Under the pieces are notes generated by a model. The model had not been told where the DNA came from. It searched no databases and saw only the letters and a list, made by a program, of their open reading frames with translations. The position numbers and the translations under genes are program-made. From Candidatus Omnitrophota bacterium (lineage in GTDB: Bacteria; Omnitrophota; Gorgyraeia; Gorgyraeales; Gorgyraeaceae), in contig JBHPHU010000002.1 in NCBI GenBank assembly GCA_042571405.1, positions 2,787 to 66,786 on the forward strand: a DNA stretch of 64,000 bases, given 5' to 3'. Shown here piece after piece: positions 36,288 to 45,625 of this stretch (position 1 is the first letter of the stretch; the number at the start of each line of letters is the position of its first letter).

Positions 36288-37367
36288 ATGAAAAAAGAAG
36301 CCAATAACCTTTTAATAATAGCAACAATTCTTATATGCGCTGGTATTATCATGGTCTATTCTTCGTCGAGTTACCACGCGTACGAGACGTTTTACGACAG
36401 CGCCTATTATTTAAAGAGGCATATATTTCATTTTATAGTCGGATTGATACTCGCGGGATTTACGCTAAAGTTTGATTACAGGAAACTAAGAAAATTTTCC
36501 AGGCCTTTACTTGGTATGTCTATAGCTATTCTTGTGCTTGTACTTTTACCTGGCATTGGCCATGAGGCAGGCGGCGCAAGGAGATGGATCAGGATAGGGT
36601 TTTTGGGGTTTCAGCCATCGGAGCTTGCGGGACTTTGTTTGACTATTTATCTGGCTGATGCCCTGGATAGAAAACAAGGCCGCATCAGGAGTTTTTATTA
36701 TGGTTTAATGCCGTTACTACTGATATCAGGGCTAATAGTTTTGTTAGTGCTGTTGCAGCCTGACCTGGGAAGCGCAGTCGCGCTTTTAATAGTAGCCATC
36801 CTTATGCTTTTTGTAGGAGGCGTAAATGTAACCCAAATTGTGCCATTTGCCATTAGCGCTGTACCTATATTTTATTTTTTGATATGGAAAGTCCCTTATA
36901 GATTAAAACGCATAGTGGGGTATCTTGATCCATGGAGCAGGGCGGAAGATGCCGGGTTTCAGATAGTGCAGTCTTTTTTAGCGCTTGGTTCAGGCGGTAT
37001 TTTTGGGTTGGGGCTGGGGTGCTCAAGACAAAAACTCTTTTATCTTCCGCAGGCGCATACAGATTTTATATTTTCCATAATAGGGGAAGAGCTGGGTCTC
37101 ATAGGCACGCTTGGCATAGTATTTCTTTTTGGTCTATTTGTTTGGCAGGGTATGCGGATTGCTATAAAGGCGAGTGATTTGTTCTCAAAATTTCTCGCAA
37201 CGGGCATTACGATGAGCATAGGATTGAAGGCAATCATAAATATAGCGGTTTCAACGGGAGCTATACCTACAAAAGGCTTACCTTTGCCTTTTATCAGTTA
37301 TGGAGGAACCGCGCTTATCTTTAACATGGTAGGAGTGGCGCTGTTACTAAGCATCGCGAATAAATAA
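36288..37367 (+). CDS. ftsW: SEDS-family peptidoglycan glycosyltransferase FtsW
   Basis: 10-TM SEDS topology with QPSE, HTDFIFS and PFISYGG motifs. Confidence 0.93.
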   Translation: MKKEANNLLIIATILICAGIIMVYSSSSYHAYETFYDSAYYLKRHIFHFIVGLILAGFTLKFDYRKLRKFSRPLLGMSIAILVLVLLPGIGHEAGGARRWIRIGFLGFQPSELAGLCLTIYLADALDRKQGRIRSFYYGLMPLLLISGLIVLLVLLQPDLGSAVALLIVAILMLFVGGVNVTQIVPFAISAVPIFYFLIWKVPYRLKRIVGYLDPWSRAEDAGFQIVQSFLALGSGGIFGLGLGCSRQKLFYLPQAHTDFIFSIIGEELGLIGTLGIVFLFGLFVWQGMRIAIKASDLFSKFLATGITMSIGLKAIINIAVSTGAIPTKGLPLPFISYGGTALIFNMVGVALLLSIANK

Positions 37368-37399
37368 AGCTCTCGGCTTTTGCTTCTCAGCTGTCAGCA

Positions 37400-37430
37400 G
37401 CTGAAGGCTGAAGGCTGAAGGCTGAAGGCT
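37400..37430 (+). repeat. Tandem heptamer (GCTGAAG) x4.4 preceded by its partial inverse
   Basis: gcttctcagctg-tcag-cagCTGAAGGCTGAAGGCTGAAGGCTGAAGGCT ends 1 nt before the murG ATG (37432). Confidence 0.85.
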
Positions 37431-37431
37431 T

Positions 37432-38478
37432 ATGAAAATACTAATAGTTGCAGGAGGGACCGGCGGGCATTTGTTTCCGGCTATCAGGCTGGGTGAGGAG
37501 CTTATCCTGCGCGGCTACAATGAGGTGATTTTTGTGACATCGTCTCGTAAACGCGACAAAGAGATATTAAAGAAGGAGTGCGCGACACTACCTATAATTC
37601 CGCTTCAGTCAAAAAATCCTCGGGCTATTTTGAATTTTATAATCCGCCTTTTTGCCGGCACCATAAAGTCATTATTTTTACTTTTGCGCTTAAGGCCGGA
37701 TGCGGTGGTGGGTTTTGGCGGATATGTAACAGGGCCAATAGTTTTGTTGTCAGCGTTGCTTGGAAAAAAGACCGTTATACACGAACAGAATGTCTTTCCC
37801 GGAAAGACGAACAGGATGTTAGCGGGTTTTGTTGATAAGATCGCTGTAAGTTTTTCAGAGACCCTGAATTATTTAAAGAGATTCGAATCAAAGATTATTG
37901 TCTCAGGAAATCTTCTTCGTCGTGAGTTAAAGAAAACTCAGCGCGCAAAGGAAAGTTTTACGATACTTGCAATGGGAGGCAGCCAGGGCGCTCATGCATT
38001 AAATAAACTTATACCGGAGGCAGTCGGTTTGATGGATGACGAAAAAAAGCCCCTGCTGGAAATGATACATATCACAGGACGCAAGGATGAAGAAGATGTG
38101 AAACGCTTGTACAAAGCTAAAGGGATAAATAATAGGGTTTTTTCTTTTACAGAAGATATTGCCAGGCTTTATAGCGAATGCGATTTTGTAATTGGCCGCT
38201 CGGGCGCTACGACTGTATCAGAATTATTATACCTTGATAAGCCATCAATATTGATACCATATCCGCATGGAAATGGTCATCAGCGGCTTAACGCGAAGAT
38301 CATGGAGGACAGGGGCGATGCCCTTTTACTTGAGGAAAAAGGACTCAAGGCTGAGTATTTGCGTGACGCTATAATGAAATTCATGGATAAAGACATGCTT
38401 AAAGAAATGTCCGCGAGAGCAAAAAGCAGCAATGCGATAAATGCGTGTGATACCTTGATCAAGGCGGTGATTGGATGA
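37432..38478 (+). CDS. murG: UDP-N-acetylglucosamine--N-acetylmuramyl-(pentapeptide) pyrophosphoryl-undecaprenol GlcNAc transferase
   Basis: AGGTGGHLFPA and the GT28 C-terminal half (GRSGATTVSEL). Confidence 0.94.
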   Translation: MKILIVAGGTGGHLFPAIRLGEELILRGYNEVIFVTSSRKRDKEILKKECATLPIIPLQSKNPRAILNFIIRLFAGTIKSLFLLLRLRPDAVVGFGGYVTGPIVLLSALLGKKTVIHEQNVFPGKTNRMLAGFVDKIAVSFSETLNYLKRFESKIIVSGNLLRRELKKTQRAKESFTILAMGGSQGAHALNKLIPEAVGLMDDEKKPLLEMIHITGRKDEEDVKRLYKAKGINNRVFSFTEDIARLYSECDFVIGRSGATTVSELLYLDKPSILIPYPHGNGHQRLNAKIMEDRGDALLLEEKGLKAEYLRDAIMKFMDKDMLKEMSARAKSSNAINACDTLIKAVIG

Positions 38479-39851
38479 AGGAAAGACTTCATTTTATAGG
38501 AATAGGCGGCGCTGGTATGAGTGGACTTGCGGAAGTCTTTCATTCGAGGGGTTATAGCGTGCAAGGTTCTGACATAAAAAAAACAAGGGTTACGGATAGA
38601 CTTGAGGCCAGAGGCATACGAGTCATGGAAGGTCATTTTGCTGAAAATGTAAATGGCGCGGCCAGGGTCATATATTCTTCGTGCATAAGGGATGACAATG
38701 CCGAGATCCAAGAGGCAAGGCGCAGAGGTATTCCCGTGGCGCGTCGTATAGAGGCCCTAAACATGATTGCGCGGGATAAGGATCTTATAGCGATCTCAGG
38801 CGCGCATGGAAAGACTACCACGACTTCTCTTGTAGCGCATCTTTTGATTTCAGCGGGTCTGGACCCTACGGTATTTATAGGCGCTGATGTAGGTTTTCTT
38901 GGCGGTAATGCCCGCTGCGGCCAGGGTAAGATGGTTGTTGCGGAGGCAGACGAATCAGATGGATCGTTTCTTTTGATCAAGCCATTTTATAGCGTGAGCA
39001 CTAATATCGACAAAGAACATATGGATTATTACTCTTCAATGGATGAAGTAATGGCCTCATATAAAAGATTTATAGAAAACACAGAGGATAAGGGCTCTGC
39101 TTTTATTTGCATTGATGATGATAATTTAAAAAAGATTGCCGGAGAGAGTTCTAAGAGAATAGTTCGATACGGCTTTTCTAAAGACGCCGATATAGTCGCG
39201 GAAGAGGTGGAGTTTTTGGGGCTGGATTGTTCCAAATTTGATTTTATATTTAAAGGTAAGAAGCTCGGCAGGATGGAGATACCTTTAATGGGCCGCCATA
39301 ATGTTCTTAATTCTCTTGCAGCGATTGGTGTTGCAATGGAGCTGGGAGTTAAATTTTCTTTTATAAAAAATTCGATCAAGGGTTTTAAAGGCGCTGAGAG
39401 AAGATTTATAGTAACGCGTCTTAATTCGGATATCCTTGTGATAGATGACTATGCCCATCATCCTACAGAGATAAAAGCTACATTAAAGGTGCTTGAGGAT
39501 TCCGGCAAGCGGATCGTGACCGTGTTTCAGCCGCATAGATATTCCAGGACAAAATATCTAAAGGAACAGTTCGGCAAGTGTTTTGATCTGGCAGATCATT
39601 TGGTTATTACAGATATATATTCAGCGCACGAGGCGCCCATGGAAAACATAAGCGCGTTAGACTTGTGTGAGAGCGCAAAAAGGCACGGCCATAAAAATGT
39701 ATACTTTATTGAGAAGCAGAATATACTGGAACATCTTGTGGAGGTTGTGAAACCGGGAGACGCGATATTTATTCTTGGCGCAGGCGACATAGATGAACTA
39801 CCTGAGAAAATAATGAGGAGTTGGGGTCTGACCCCAAGACGGTTATGTTAA
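38475..39851 (+). CDS. murC: UDP-N-acetylmuramate--L-alanine ligase
   Basis: HFIGIGGAGMSGLAE, GAHGKTTTT, DDYAHHP. Confidence 0.95.
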   Translation: MKERLHFIGIGGAGMSGLAEVFHSRGYSVQGSDIKKTRVTDRLEARGIRVMEGHFAENVNGAARVIYSSCIRDDNAEIQEARRRGIPVARRIEALNMIARDKDLIAISGAHGKTTTTSLVAHLLISAGLDPTVFIGADVGFLGGNARCGQGKMVVAEADESDGSFLLIKPFYSVSTNIDKEHMDYYSSMDEVMASYKRFIENTEDKGSAFICIDDDNLKKIAGESSKRIVRYGFSKDADIVAEEVEFLGLDCSKFDFIFKGKKLGRMEIPLMGRHNVLNSLAAIGVAMELGVKFSFIKNSIKGFKGAERRFIVTRLNSDILVIDDYAHHPTEIKATLKVLEDSGKRIVTVFQPHRYSRTKYLKEQFGKCFDLADHLVITDIYSAHEAPMENISALDLCESAKRHGHKNVYFIEKQNILEHLVEVVKPGDAIFILGAGDIDELPEKIMRSWGLTPRRLC

Positions 39852-40729
39852 AGAGGAATTACAGGAGATTGCTTTCGCGGCACACGAGCCTTAGGATAGG
39901 CGGGCCCGCGTTTTGTTGGTTAGAGCCAGAGGGTTTTGATGATATTCTGGAGGCTATTTCGCTGGCAGGCTTAGATAATAGGTCTTTGACTGTTATTGGA
40001 AATGGCACAAATCTTCTGGCGCAGGATAAAGGTTTTGACGGTTTAATAATGAATCTTGGCGGAAAATTTGACTCGATAGAGAAAGAGACCAACGAGATAG
40101 TGATGGTTGGCGCGGCCACGCCTATTGCGCAGCTGGTGAATAGATGCGCTGAGTTTGGGCTTAGCGGGTGTGAATTTCTCTCGGGCATTCCCGGTTCTTT
40201 TGGGGGAAGTGTATTTATGAACGCAGGGGTACGCGACATAGGAAATCCGGGAGCATGCAGAGAGATCAAGGATATAATAGTAGACGTGGATGTCGTGGAT
40301 TTAAAAGATAAGACGCGAAAAAATATAAAAGCGGACGAGATAGGTTTTAGGTATCGTTCTTCCGGTCTTGACGGAAAATGTATTTTGGGCGCCAGGATTA
40401 GATTGGAAAAAGAGGCAACAAGTGTCATTAACGGCCGCATAGATTCTTTTATGAAAACGCGGCAGTGGATTCAAAAACTAAGTTTTCCGTCAGCGGGAAG
40501 CGTATTTAAAAATCCAGATGCCTCAACCCCCGCGGGAAAATTAATAGACGAGTGTGGATTAAAAGGCGCCCAGGCAGGCGGCGCTGAGATTTCCAGGGTA
40601 CATGCGAATTTTATAGTAAATACCGGCAATGCGATGGCAAAAGATGTGCTGGAATTAATAAGATTAGCGAAAGGGGCCGTTAAAGGCAGGTTTGACATAG
40701 ATCTGGAGCTGGAGTTGAAGATAATATGA
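39845..40729 (+). CDS. murB: UDP-N-acetylenolpyruvoylglucosamine reductase
   Basis: LRIGGPA, an FAD-binding domain, GSVFKNP. ATG 39845 (overlapping the murC stop by 7 nt) is preferred over the track's 39821. Confidence 0.92.
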   Translation: MLKRNYRRLLSRHTSLRIGGPAFCWLEPEGFDDILEAISLAGLDNRSLTVIGNGTNLLAQDKGFDGLIMNLGGKFDSIEKETNEIVMVGAATPIAQLVNRCAEFGLSGCEFLSGIPGSFGGSVFMNAGVRDIGNPGACREIKDIIVDVDVVDLKDKTRKNIKADEIGFRYRSSGLDGKCILGARIRLEKEATSVINGRIDSFMKTRQWIQKLSFPSAGSVFKNPDASTPAGKLIDECGLKGAQAGGAEISRVHANFIVNTGNAMAKDVLELIRLAKGAVKGRFDIDLELELKII

Positions 40730-41679
40730 AAAAGCGCGTTGGCGTTTTAATGGGAGGACCTTCCTCTGAGCATGATATCTCAATAAAATCAGGGAAAGCG
40801 GTCTGCAAGGCCTTACTGAACGAAAATATAGATGTTGTACCTATAGAGTTAGCGAAATTGGCCCAGACCAAGACCATGGATAGTTACAAGGAAGATGTGA
40901 AGCGCCTGATTCAATCGTCTAATATAGAGATTGCTTTTATAGCGCTTCATGGAGGATTTGGCGAGGATGGCGCTATACAAGAACTTCTTGAAGAGATACG
41001 GATGCCTTATACAGGGAGCAATGTATCCGCATCTAAGCTGGGCATAGATAAGATTGGCTCGAGAAATATCTTTAAGAGGTATAATATCCCTATGCCGCGC
41101 TATGTAACAATAAATAAAGACAGTCTTGACAAAATACAAGGTTCAAAGGTATATTTTAAAGAACTAGGCAAGCCGCTTGTTATAAAACCTTCACGTGAAG
41201 GCTCCAGTATCGGGCTTACTATAGTGGATTCTGAAAAAGATTTTCACAAAGCGCTTGATGACGCATTTATATATAGCCAAGATATACTGATAGAGGAATA
41301 CGTGCGGGGTCGTGAGATTACCGTAGGTATATTTGACGATAAGCCATTGCCTGTGGTTGAGATAGTGCCAAAGAATAGATTTTTTGATTTTGAGGCAAAA
41401 TACAAAAAAGATCTTACTGAATACAGGGTGCCAGCGGAAATAGAAAAAGGCAAATACGTAGAGTCTCAGAAAATAGCGCTCATGGCGCACAAGGCTTTGT
41501 CCGCGCGCTTTTTTTCCAGGGTCGATATGATATTGAGTGAAAAGGGCGTGCCTATCGTGTTAGAACTGAATACAATACCGGGCCTTACTGAGATGAGCTT
41601 GCTTCCAAAGGCAGCGCGCTCATCAGGTATTGATTTTCAAAAACTGGTGTTAAAAATTATGGAGTCCGCATCATGGTAA
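40726..41679 (+). CDS. ddl: D-alanine--D-alanine ligase
   Basis: ALHGGFGEDGAIQ and an ATP-grasp domain (EGSSIG, ELNTIPG). Confidence 0.95.
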   Translation: MKKRVGVLMGGPSSEHDISIKSGKAVCKALLNENIDVVPIELAKLAQTKTMDSYKEDVKRLIQSSNIEIAFIALHGGFGEDGAIQELLEEIRMPYTGSNVSASKLGIDKIGSRNIFKRYNIPMPRYVTINKDSLDKIQGSKVYFKELGKPLVIKPSREGSSIGLTIVDSEKDFHKALDDAFIYSQDILIEEYVRGREITVGIFDDKPLPVVEIVPKNRFFDFEAKYKKDLTEYRVPAEIEKGKYVESQKIALMAHKALSARFFSRVDMILSEKGVPIVLELNTIPGLTEMSLLPKAARSSGIDFQKLVLKIMESASW

Positions 41680-42503
41680 AACTAAAAAAACAAAAACCGC
41701 GTTTTAGAAAAAGAAGATTTACATTTTTACCTCGTCCCAGAAATCGATTTATCCTCATACTTAAATTCTTAATTACGGTAGCGGTCGTGGGCGTAGTCGG
41801 TTTTGGTTTCGTCAGACTCAAATACATGTTTAGCGACTCTGGTCAGTTTATGATCAATGGTATTAAGGTAAAGCTATACGATGAAAGTGGTTATTTACGA
41901 GACCTTTCGCTTGCGAACATCTCCAATGAAAATATTATAGGCGCTAACATATTTTTTATGGATCTAAAAGACCTGAAGCAAAAGATAGAGGCTGTTCACC
42001 CAGAGTTCAAGGATATTGAGATCAGGAGACTCTTGCCCAATAAATTGATCGTAAAGGCGAATTTGAGGAAACCGGTTGCGCAGATCCGCTCTGACAGGTA
42101 TTATTTTGTCGACGAAGAAGGGGTTTTGCTGCCGGATGTAAAGAATTTTCCGGACCCGGGCCTTCCTATAATAGGGGGCGTGGGAATAAATCTTGCCAAG
42201 GCGCAGGCCGCTAAGTTCAGTGATTTTGAAAAGGAAAAGATCAACAAGGCGCTTGGTCTTATAGGAGAAATACGCAGTATCGAAGGCCTGGCAGTGTACG
42301 GGCTGAAGGTAGTGGATATAGCTGATCCAGGCAATATATCGTTTTTCTTTGATGATGTTAATATTGAGATAAAGATAGGCAATGAGGATTTTCTTAAGAG
42401 GCTCAATGTGCTCGTAACAGTGCTTGAGCAGATCGATATGGATGTTGATAAGTTTAAATATATTGATCTACGTTTCGAAGATCCTATCATAGGTCCGAGG
42501 TGA
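41673..42503 (+). CDS. ftsQ: Cell-division protein FtsQ (POTRA domain)
   Basis: N-terminal basic tail plus TM segment, then POTRA/FtsQ-type domain. Positioned between ddl and ftsA. Confidence 0.85.
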   Translation: MVKLKKQKPRFRKRRFTFLPRPRNRFILILKFLITVAVVGVVGFGFVRLKYMFSDSGQFMINGIKVKLYDESGYLRDLSLANISNENIIGANIFFMDLKDLKQKIEAVHPEFKDIEIRRLLPNKLIVKANLRKPVAQIRSDRYYFVDEEGVLLPDVKNFPDPGLPIIGGVGINLAKAQAAKFSDFEKEKINKALGLIGEIRSIEGLAVYGLKVVDIADPGNISFFFDDVNIEIKIGNEDFLKRLNVLVTVLEQIDMDVDKFKYIDLRFEDPIIGPR

Positions 42504-42504
42504 T

Positions 42505-43818
42505 GTGATGCGGGTAGATCCTGTTTGCGGATTAGATATTGGCGCTTCATCGATCAGGGCGCTAATGCTAGAGCCAGGGTGTTCAGGCGGCAAAGAGAAG
42601 ATATTGGGATTTGCGGAAATCCCTACAAAGGGTTTTTCAAAAGGCGTAGTCTCTAATCTCGGTCTATTGTCTGATAGAGCAGAAGAGGCGATTTCAAAGG
42701 CAGAGGACAACGCGCATTGTAGGATTAGACAAGTCATTACTAATATCTCCGGCATGCACATAAGGACATTTAAGAGCCGTGGCTCTGTCCATATCTCAGA
42801 TAGGCCCAGCGAGATCACAGAAAAGGATTTAGCCAGGTGTATTGAATCAGCAAAACTTATAGCCATGTCGCTTGATAGAGAAGTAGTCCACATAATACCG
42901 GAGCGGTTTTATATAGACGATAAAATGGAGATCGCCGAACCTGTGGGGCTTTTTGGTTCAAAGCTGGATGTTGATTTGAATATCGTCACATCCCTTGTCA
43001 GTATATTGCAGAACCTTACAAAGGCTGTTAACATGGGAGGTTATGAGGTGGAGGATATAATTACCTCAGGCGCGGCTGCTAGTCTGGCAATATTTGATGA
43101 TAAAGAATTGCAGGAAGGCGCGGTGATTATTGATGTAGGAAAGGATCATACCGAGGCGTCTTTATTTAGTGACAAAAAATTAAGAGATTGTTTTTATTTT
43201 CCATTTGGCAGCAATGACCTTACGCTGGTCCTGCAGGATAGGTTCAGGATGATGTTTGAGGATGCGGAGAAACTGAGAATAAAATGTGGCATCATTACCA
43301 GGCATTCGCAGCAATCTTACGATGACGCGGAGATATTAATACCTTCGCTAAGGAATAAACCGGACCCTGGCCGCGAAGATGCTCAGTCTGATCAAGATAG
43401 ATCGGGGGGAAACTGGGTAGATTCTGATTCATTGTCTGCTGGGGTCCGGCTTTCAAGGCGCGAAGTATCGAATCTTCTTTTTCCTAAAGTAGAAGAGATC
43501 ATGCAGGAAGTCTATAAAAAGATAGAGCCATTCGCAAGACAGAGAAAAAAAGTACCTTATATACGTATTGTGGGTGGGCCGTCAAAGATGGATGGATTCA
43601 TAGAGGCCATAGAAGAGGTTTTTAACATGCCTGTGGAGATGGCCAGGATCCGCGATACCAGCGAAATACAGGATACTACTTTTGCATGTGCGCTTGGCCT
43701 GGCAAGATATGGCGCGTCTAAGAGGTTTGAGAAAAAATCCAGATCTATCGCAAACAATTCTAATCTGGTAGGCAAGGCAATATCTAAGATACAATCATTG
43801 TTGTCGGAATATTTTTAG
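42505..43818 (+). CDS. ftsA: Cell-division protein FtsA (actin-like ATPase)
   Basis: GLDIGASSIRA phosphate-1 motif, an FtsA-type domain, and a C-terminal amphipathic tail. Contains an acidic/Ser-rich low-complexity insert (PDPGREDAQSDQDRSGGNWVDSDS). Confidence 0.9.
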   Translation: MMRVDPVCGLDIGASSIRALMLEPGCSGGKEKILGFAEIPTKGFSKGVVSNLGLLSDRAEEAISKAEDNAHCRIRQVITNISGMHIRTFKSRGSVHISDRPSEITEKDLARCIESAKLIAMSLDREVVHIIPERFYIDDKMEIAEPVGLFGSKLDVDLNIVTSLVSILQNLTKAVNMGGYEVEDIITSGAAASLAIFDDKELQEGAVIIDVGKDHTEASLFSDKKLRDCFYFPFGSNDLTLVLQDRFRMMFEDAEKLRIKCGIITRHSQQSYDDAEILIPSLRNKPDPGREDAQSDQDRSGGNWVDSDSLSAGVRLSRREVSNLLFPKVEEIMQEVYKKIEPFARQRKKVPYIRIVGGPSKMDGFIEAIEEVFNMPVEMARIRDTSEIQDTTFACALGLARYGASKRFEKKSRSIANNSNLVGKAISKIQSLLSEYF

Positions 43819-43837
43819 GTTTAACAAAGGAGTATAT

Positions 43838-44608
43838 ATGATAGGTATAATCGGCGCAGGTAATATGGGAAGCGCAATAGCATTGCGCATAAATCAAAAG
43901 ATTCTCGTAAGTGATACGGCTAAGGTAAGGTTGCGCGCCTTAAAGCGCCGCAGGCGCATTCTGACAAACGCGAACAATATCGATGTAGCCAGGCGATCGA
44001 GCGTTGTTATCCTTGCTGTGAAGCCGCAGCGCATAGTAAGTGTATTGAATGAGATAAGGCCGCATGTAAGAGGAAAGTTAATTATCTCAATAGCCGCCGG
44101 TATAGGAACTGAATTGATAGAAAAGATCCTGAGGGGCTCCAGGGTTGTCAGGGTCATGCCTAACATGCCTTTAGTGGCAGGAAAAGGTATGTCTGCGATT
44201 GCGACTGGCAGAACCGCGAGCAAGAAAGATATTGCCGCGACTCGAAGGATTTTTTCAAGATTTGGCGAAGTCGTAGCTGTCAAAGAATCTTCAATGGACG
44301 CGGTTACCGCTGTTAGCGGTAGCGGCCCCGCGTATTACTTTTTATTTACAGATTTACTGGAAAAGGCCGCGTGCGCGTGCGGATTAAAGAAAGATATTGC
44401 CAGGCAGTTGGCGAAAGCTACTTTCATAGGAGCAGCAGCATGTGCCAGCGCCACTAACACATCTATGCAGGATTTTGTCAAAAAGGTTGCCTCAAAAGGC
44501 GGGACAACTGAAGCAGCGCTTAAGGTATACAAGCAAAAAGGTTTGGAGCGGATTGTAAAACAAGCAGTCAAGGCAGCGGCTACCAGGTCTCGCAAGCTGT
44601 CAAAATAA
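43838..44608 (+). CDS. proC: Pyrroline-5-carboxylate reductase
   Basis: IGIIGAGNMGSAI, VRVMPNMP, SGSGPAY, KGGTTEAAL. Confidence 0.92.
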   Translation: MIGIIGAGNMGSAIALRINQKILVSDTAKVRLRALKRRRRILTNANNIDVARRSSVVILAVKPQRIVSVLNEIRPHVRGKLIISIAAGIGTELIEKILRGSRVVRVMPNMPLVAGKGMSAIATGRTASKKDIAATRRIFSRFGEVVAVKESSMDAVTAVSGSGPAYYFLFTDLLEKAACACGLKKDIARQLAKATFIGAAACASATNTSMQDFVKKVASKGGTTEAALKVYKQKGLERIVKQAVKAAATRSRKLSK

Positions 44609-44630
44609 TTGGTTGTATGGAATTTCAATG

Positions 44631-44674
44631 TTCTCGACTTCGCTCGAACAATATTCTTCGAGCGAAGTCGAGAA
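44631..44674. repeat. 'TTCTCGACTTCGCTCGAA' palindromic element, copy 2 (perfect 18-bp stem)
   Basis: TTCTCGACTTCGCTCGAA-caatatt-(c)TTCGAGCGAAGTCGAGAA lies 23 nt after the proC stop. Confidence 0.85.
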
Positions 44675-44698
44675 GAATTAATTTAAAGGAGAAAGAAG

Positions 44699-45550
44699 AT
44701 GAAAATAGGTATTATAGGAGGCAGCGGGTTATATAATATAGATGGACTAGAGGATGTAAAGGAGGTCAAGGTAAGCACGCCTTTTGGAGAACCGTCCGAT
44801 AGTTATATCGTTGGTAGCCTAGAAGGGTCAGAGGTTGTATTTTTGCCAAGGCATGGCAGAGGTCACAGGATATTACCCACAGAACTTAACTATAAGGCAA
44901 ATATATACGGCATGAAAAAACTTGGTGTTGAACAGATTATATCAATTTCAGCAGTCGGTAGTTTCAAGAAAGAGCTAAAACCTCTGGACATAGTGCTTCC
45001 AGACCAATTCGTTGACAGGACCAATCAGGCGCGCAAGACAACATTCTTTGGTTCTGGTATAGTTGGTCACATAAGTTTCGCAGAGCCTGTTTGCGCGGAT
45101 TTAAAGAAAACTATCTTCAATGCAGGCAAGGACCTGGGTTTGAACCTGCATAATAAAGGTACATACCTTAATATGGAGGGCCCAGCATTCTCCACAAAGG
45201 CAGAGTCACACCTTTATAAAGGCTGGGGCATGGACATAATAGGCATGACAAATATGCCTGAAGCAAGGCTTAGCCGCGAGGCAGAGATATGTTACGCAAC
45301 AGTCGCTTTTATCACTGATTATGACTGCTGGCATGAGGAGATAGTTACCATTGATATGGTGATAGAAAATCTCACCAGGAATGTCGGGACAGCGAAGAAA
45401 CTAATAAAGAAGGTCGTGCCAATGCTCGCAAAAACAAAAAGAGAATGTGCTTGCAAAGACGCATTGAAATACGCTATTATAACTGATAAAAAACTTATCC
45501 CAGACCGCGCAAAAAAGGATCTGGATGTGATAATAGGGAAATACATATAA
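44699..45550 (+). CDS. mtnP: S-methyl-5'-thioadenosine phosphorylase
   Basis: MKIGIIGGSGLY, FLPRHGRGH, and GMT.MPEA motifs of the MTAP/PNP family. Confidence 0.9.
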   Translation: MKIGIIGGSGLYNIDGLEDVKEVKVSTPFGEPSDSYIVGSLEGSEVVFLPRHGRGHRILPTELNYKANIYGMKKLGVEQIISISAVGSFKKELKPLDIVLPDQFVDRTNQARKTTFFGSGIVGHISFAEPVCADLKKTIFNAGKDLGLNLHNKGTYLNMEGPAFSTKAESHLYKGWGMDIIGMTNMPEARLSREAEICYATVAFITDYDCWHEEIVTIDMVIENLTRNVGTAKKLIKKVVPMLAKTKRECACKDALKYAIITDKKLIPDRAKKDLDVIIGKYI

Positions 45551-45574
45551 TTTATTGCATGAGATCTAAATAAT

Positions 45575-45596
45575 GCTTGTGCACTTGTGGCTTGTG
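45575..45596 (-). repeat. Three imperfect GCTTGTG units (reverse complement of the ileS intragenic CACAAGC heptamer)
   Basis: GCTTGTG-CACTTGTG-GCTTGTG lies 30 nt upstream of the ileS ATG. Confidence 0.7.
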
Positions 45597-45625
45597 CGCT
45601 AAGTTGCGACAGCAGGGAGTAACTT

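Noticed and set aside
39859-40440. Long antisense ORFs inside + strand genes (e.g. 39859..40440 -, 54202..54789 -, 49871..50365 -, 29939..30412 -, 26357..26824 -, 42101..42893 -)
   Set aside because: Each lies wholly within a well-supported + strand gene (murB, the SGNH protein, gpsA, ftsI, ribF, ftsQ/ftsA). Their composition is low-complexity and Ser/Leu/Pro-rich, with no family resemblance, so they are shadow ORFs.
45551-45625. T-box or other riboswitch leader upstream of ileS
   Set aside because: The gap is only 75 nt, far too short for a T-box (about 200 nt or more), and lacks a specifier loop or T-box motif. Only the GCTTGTG repeats are notable there.
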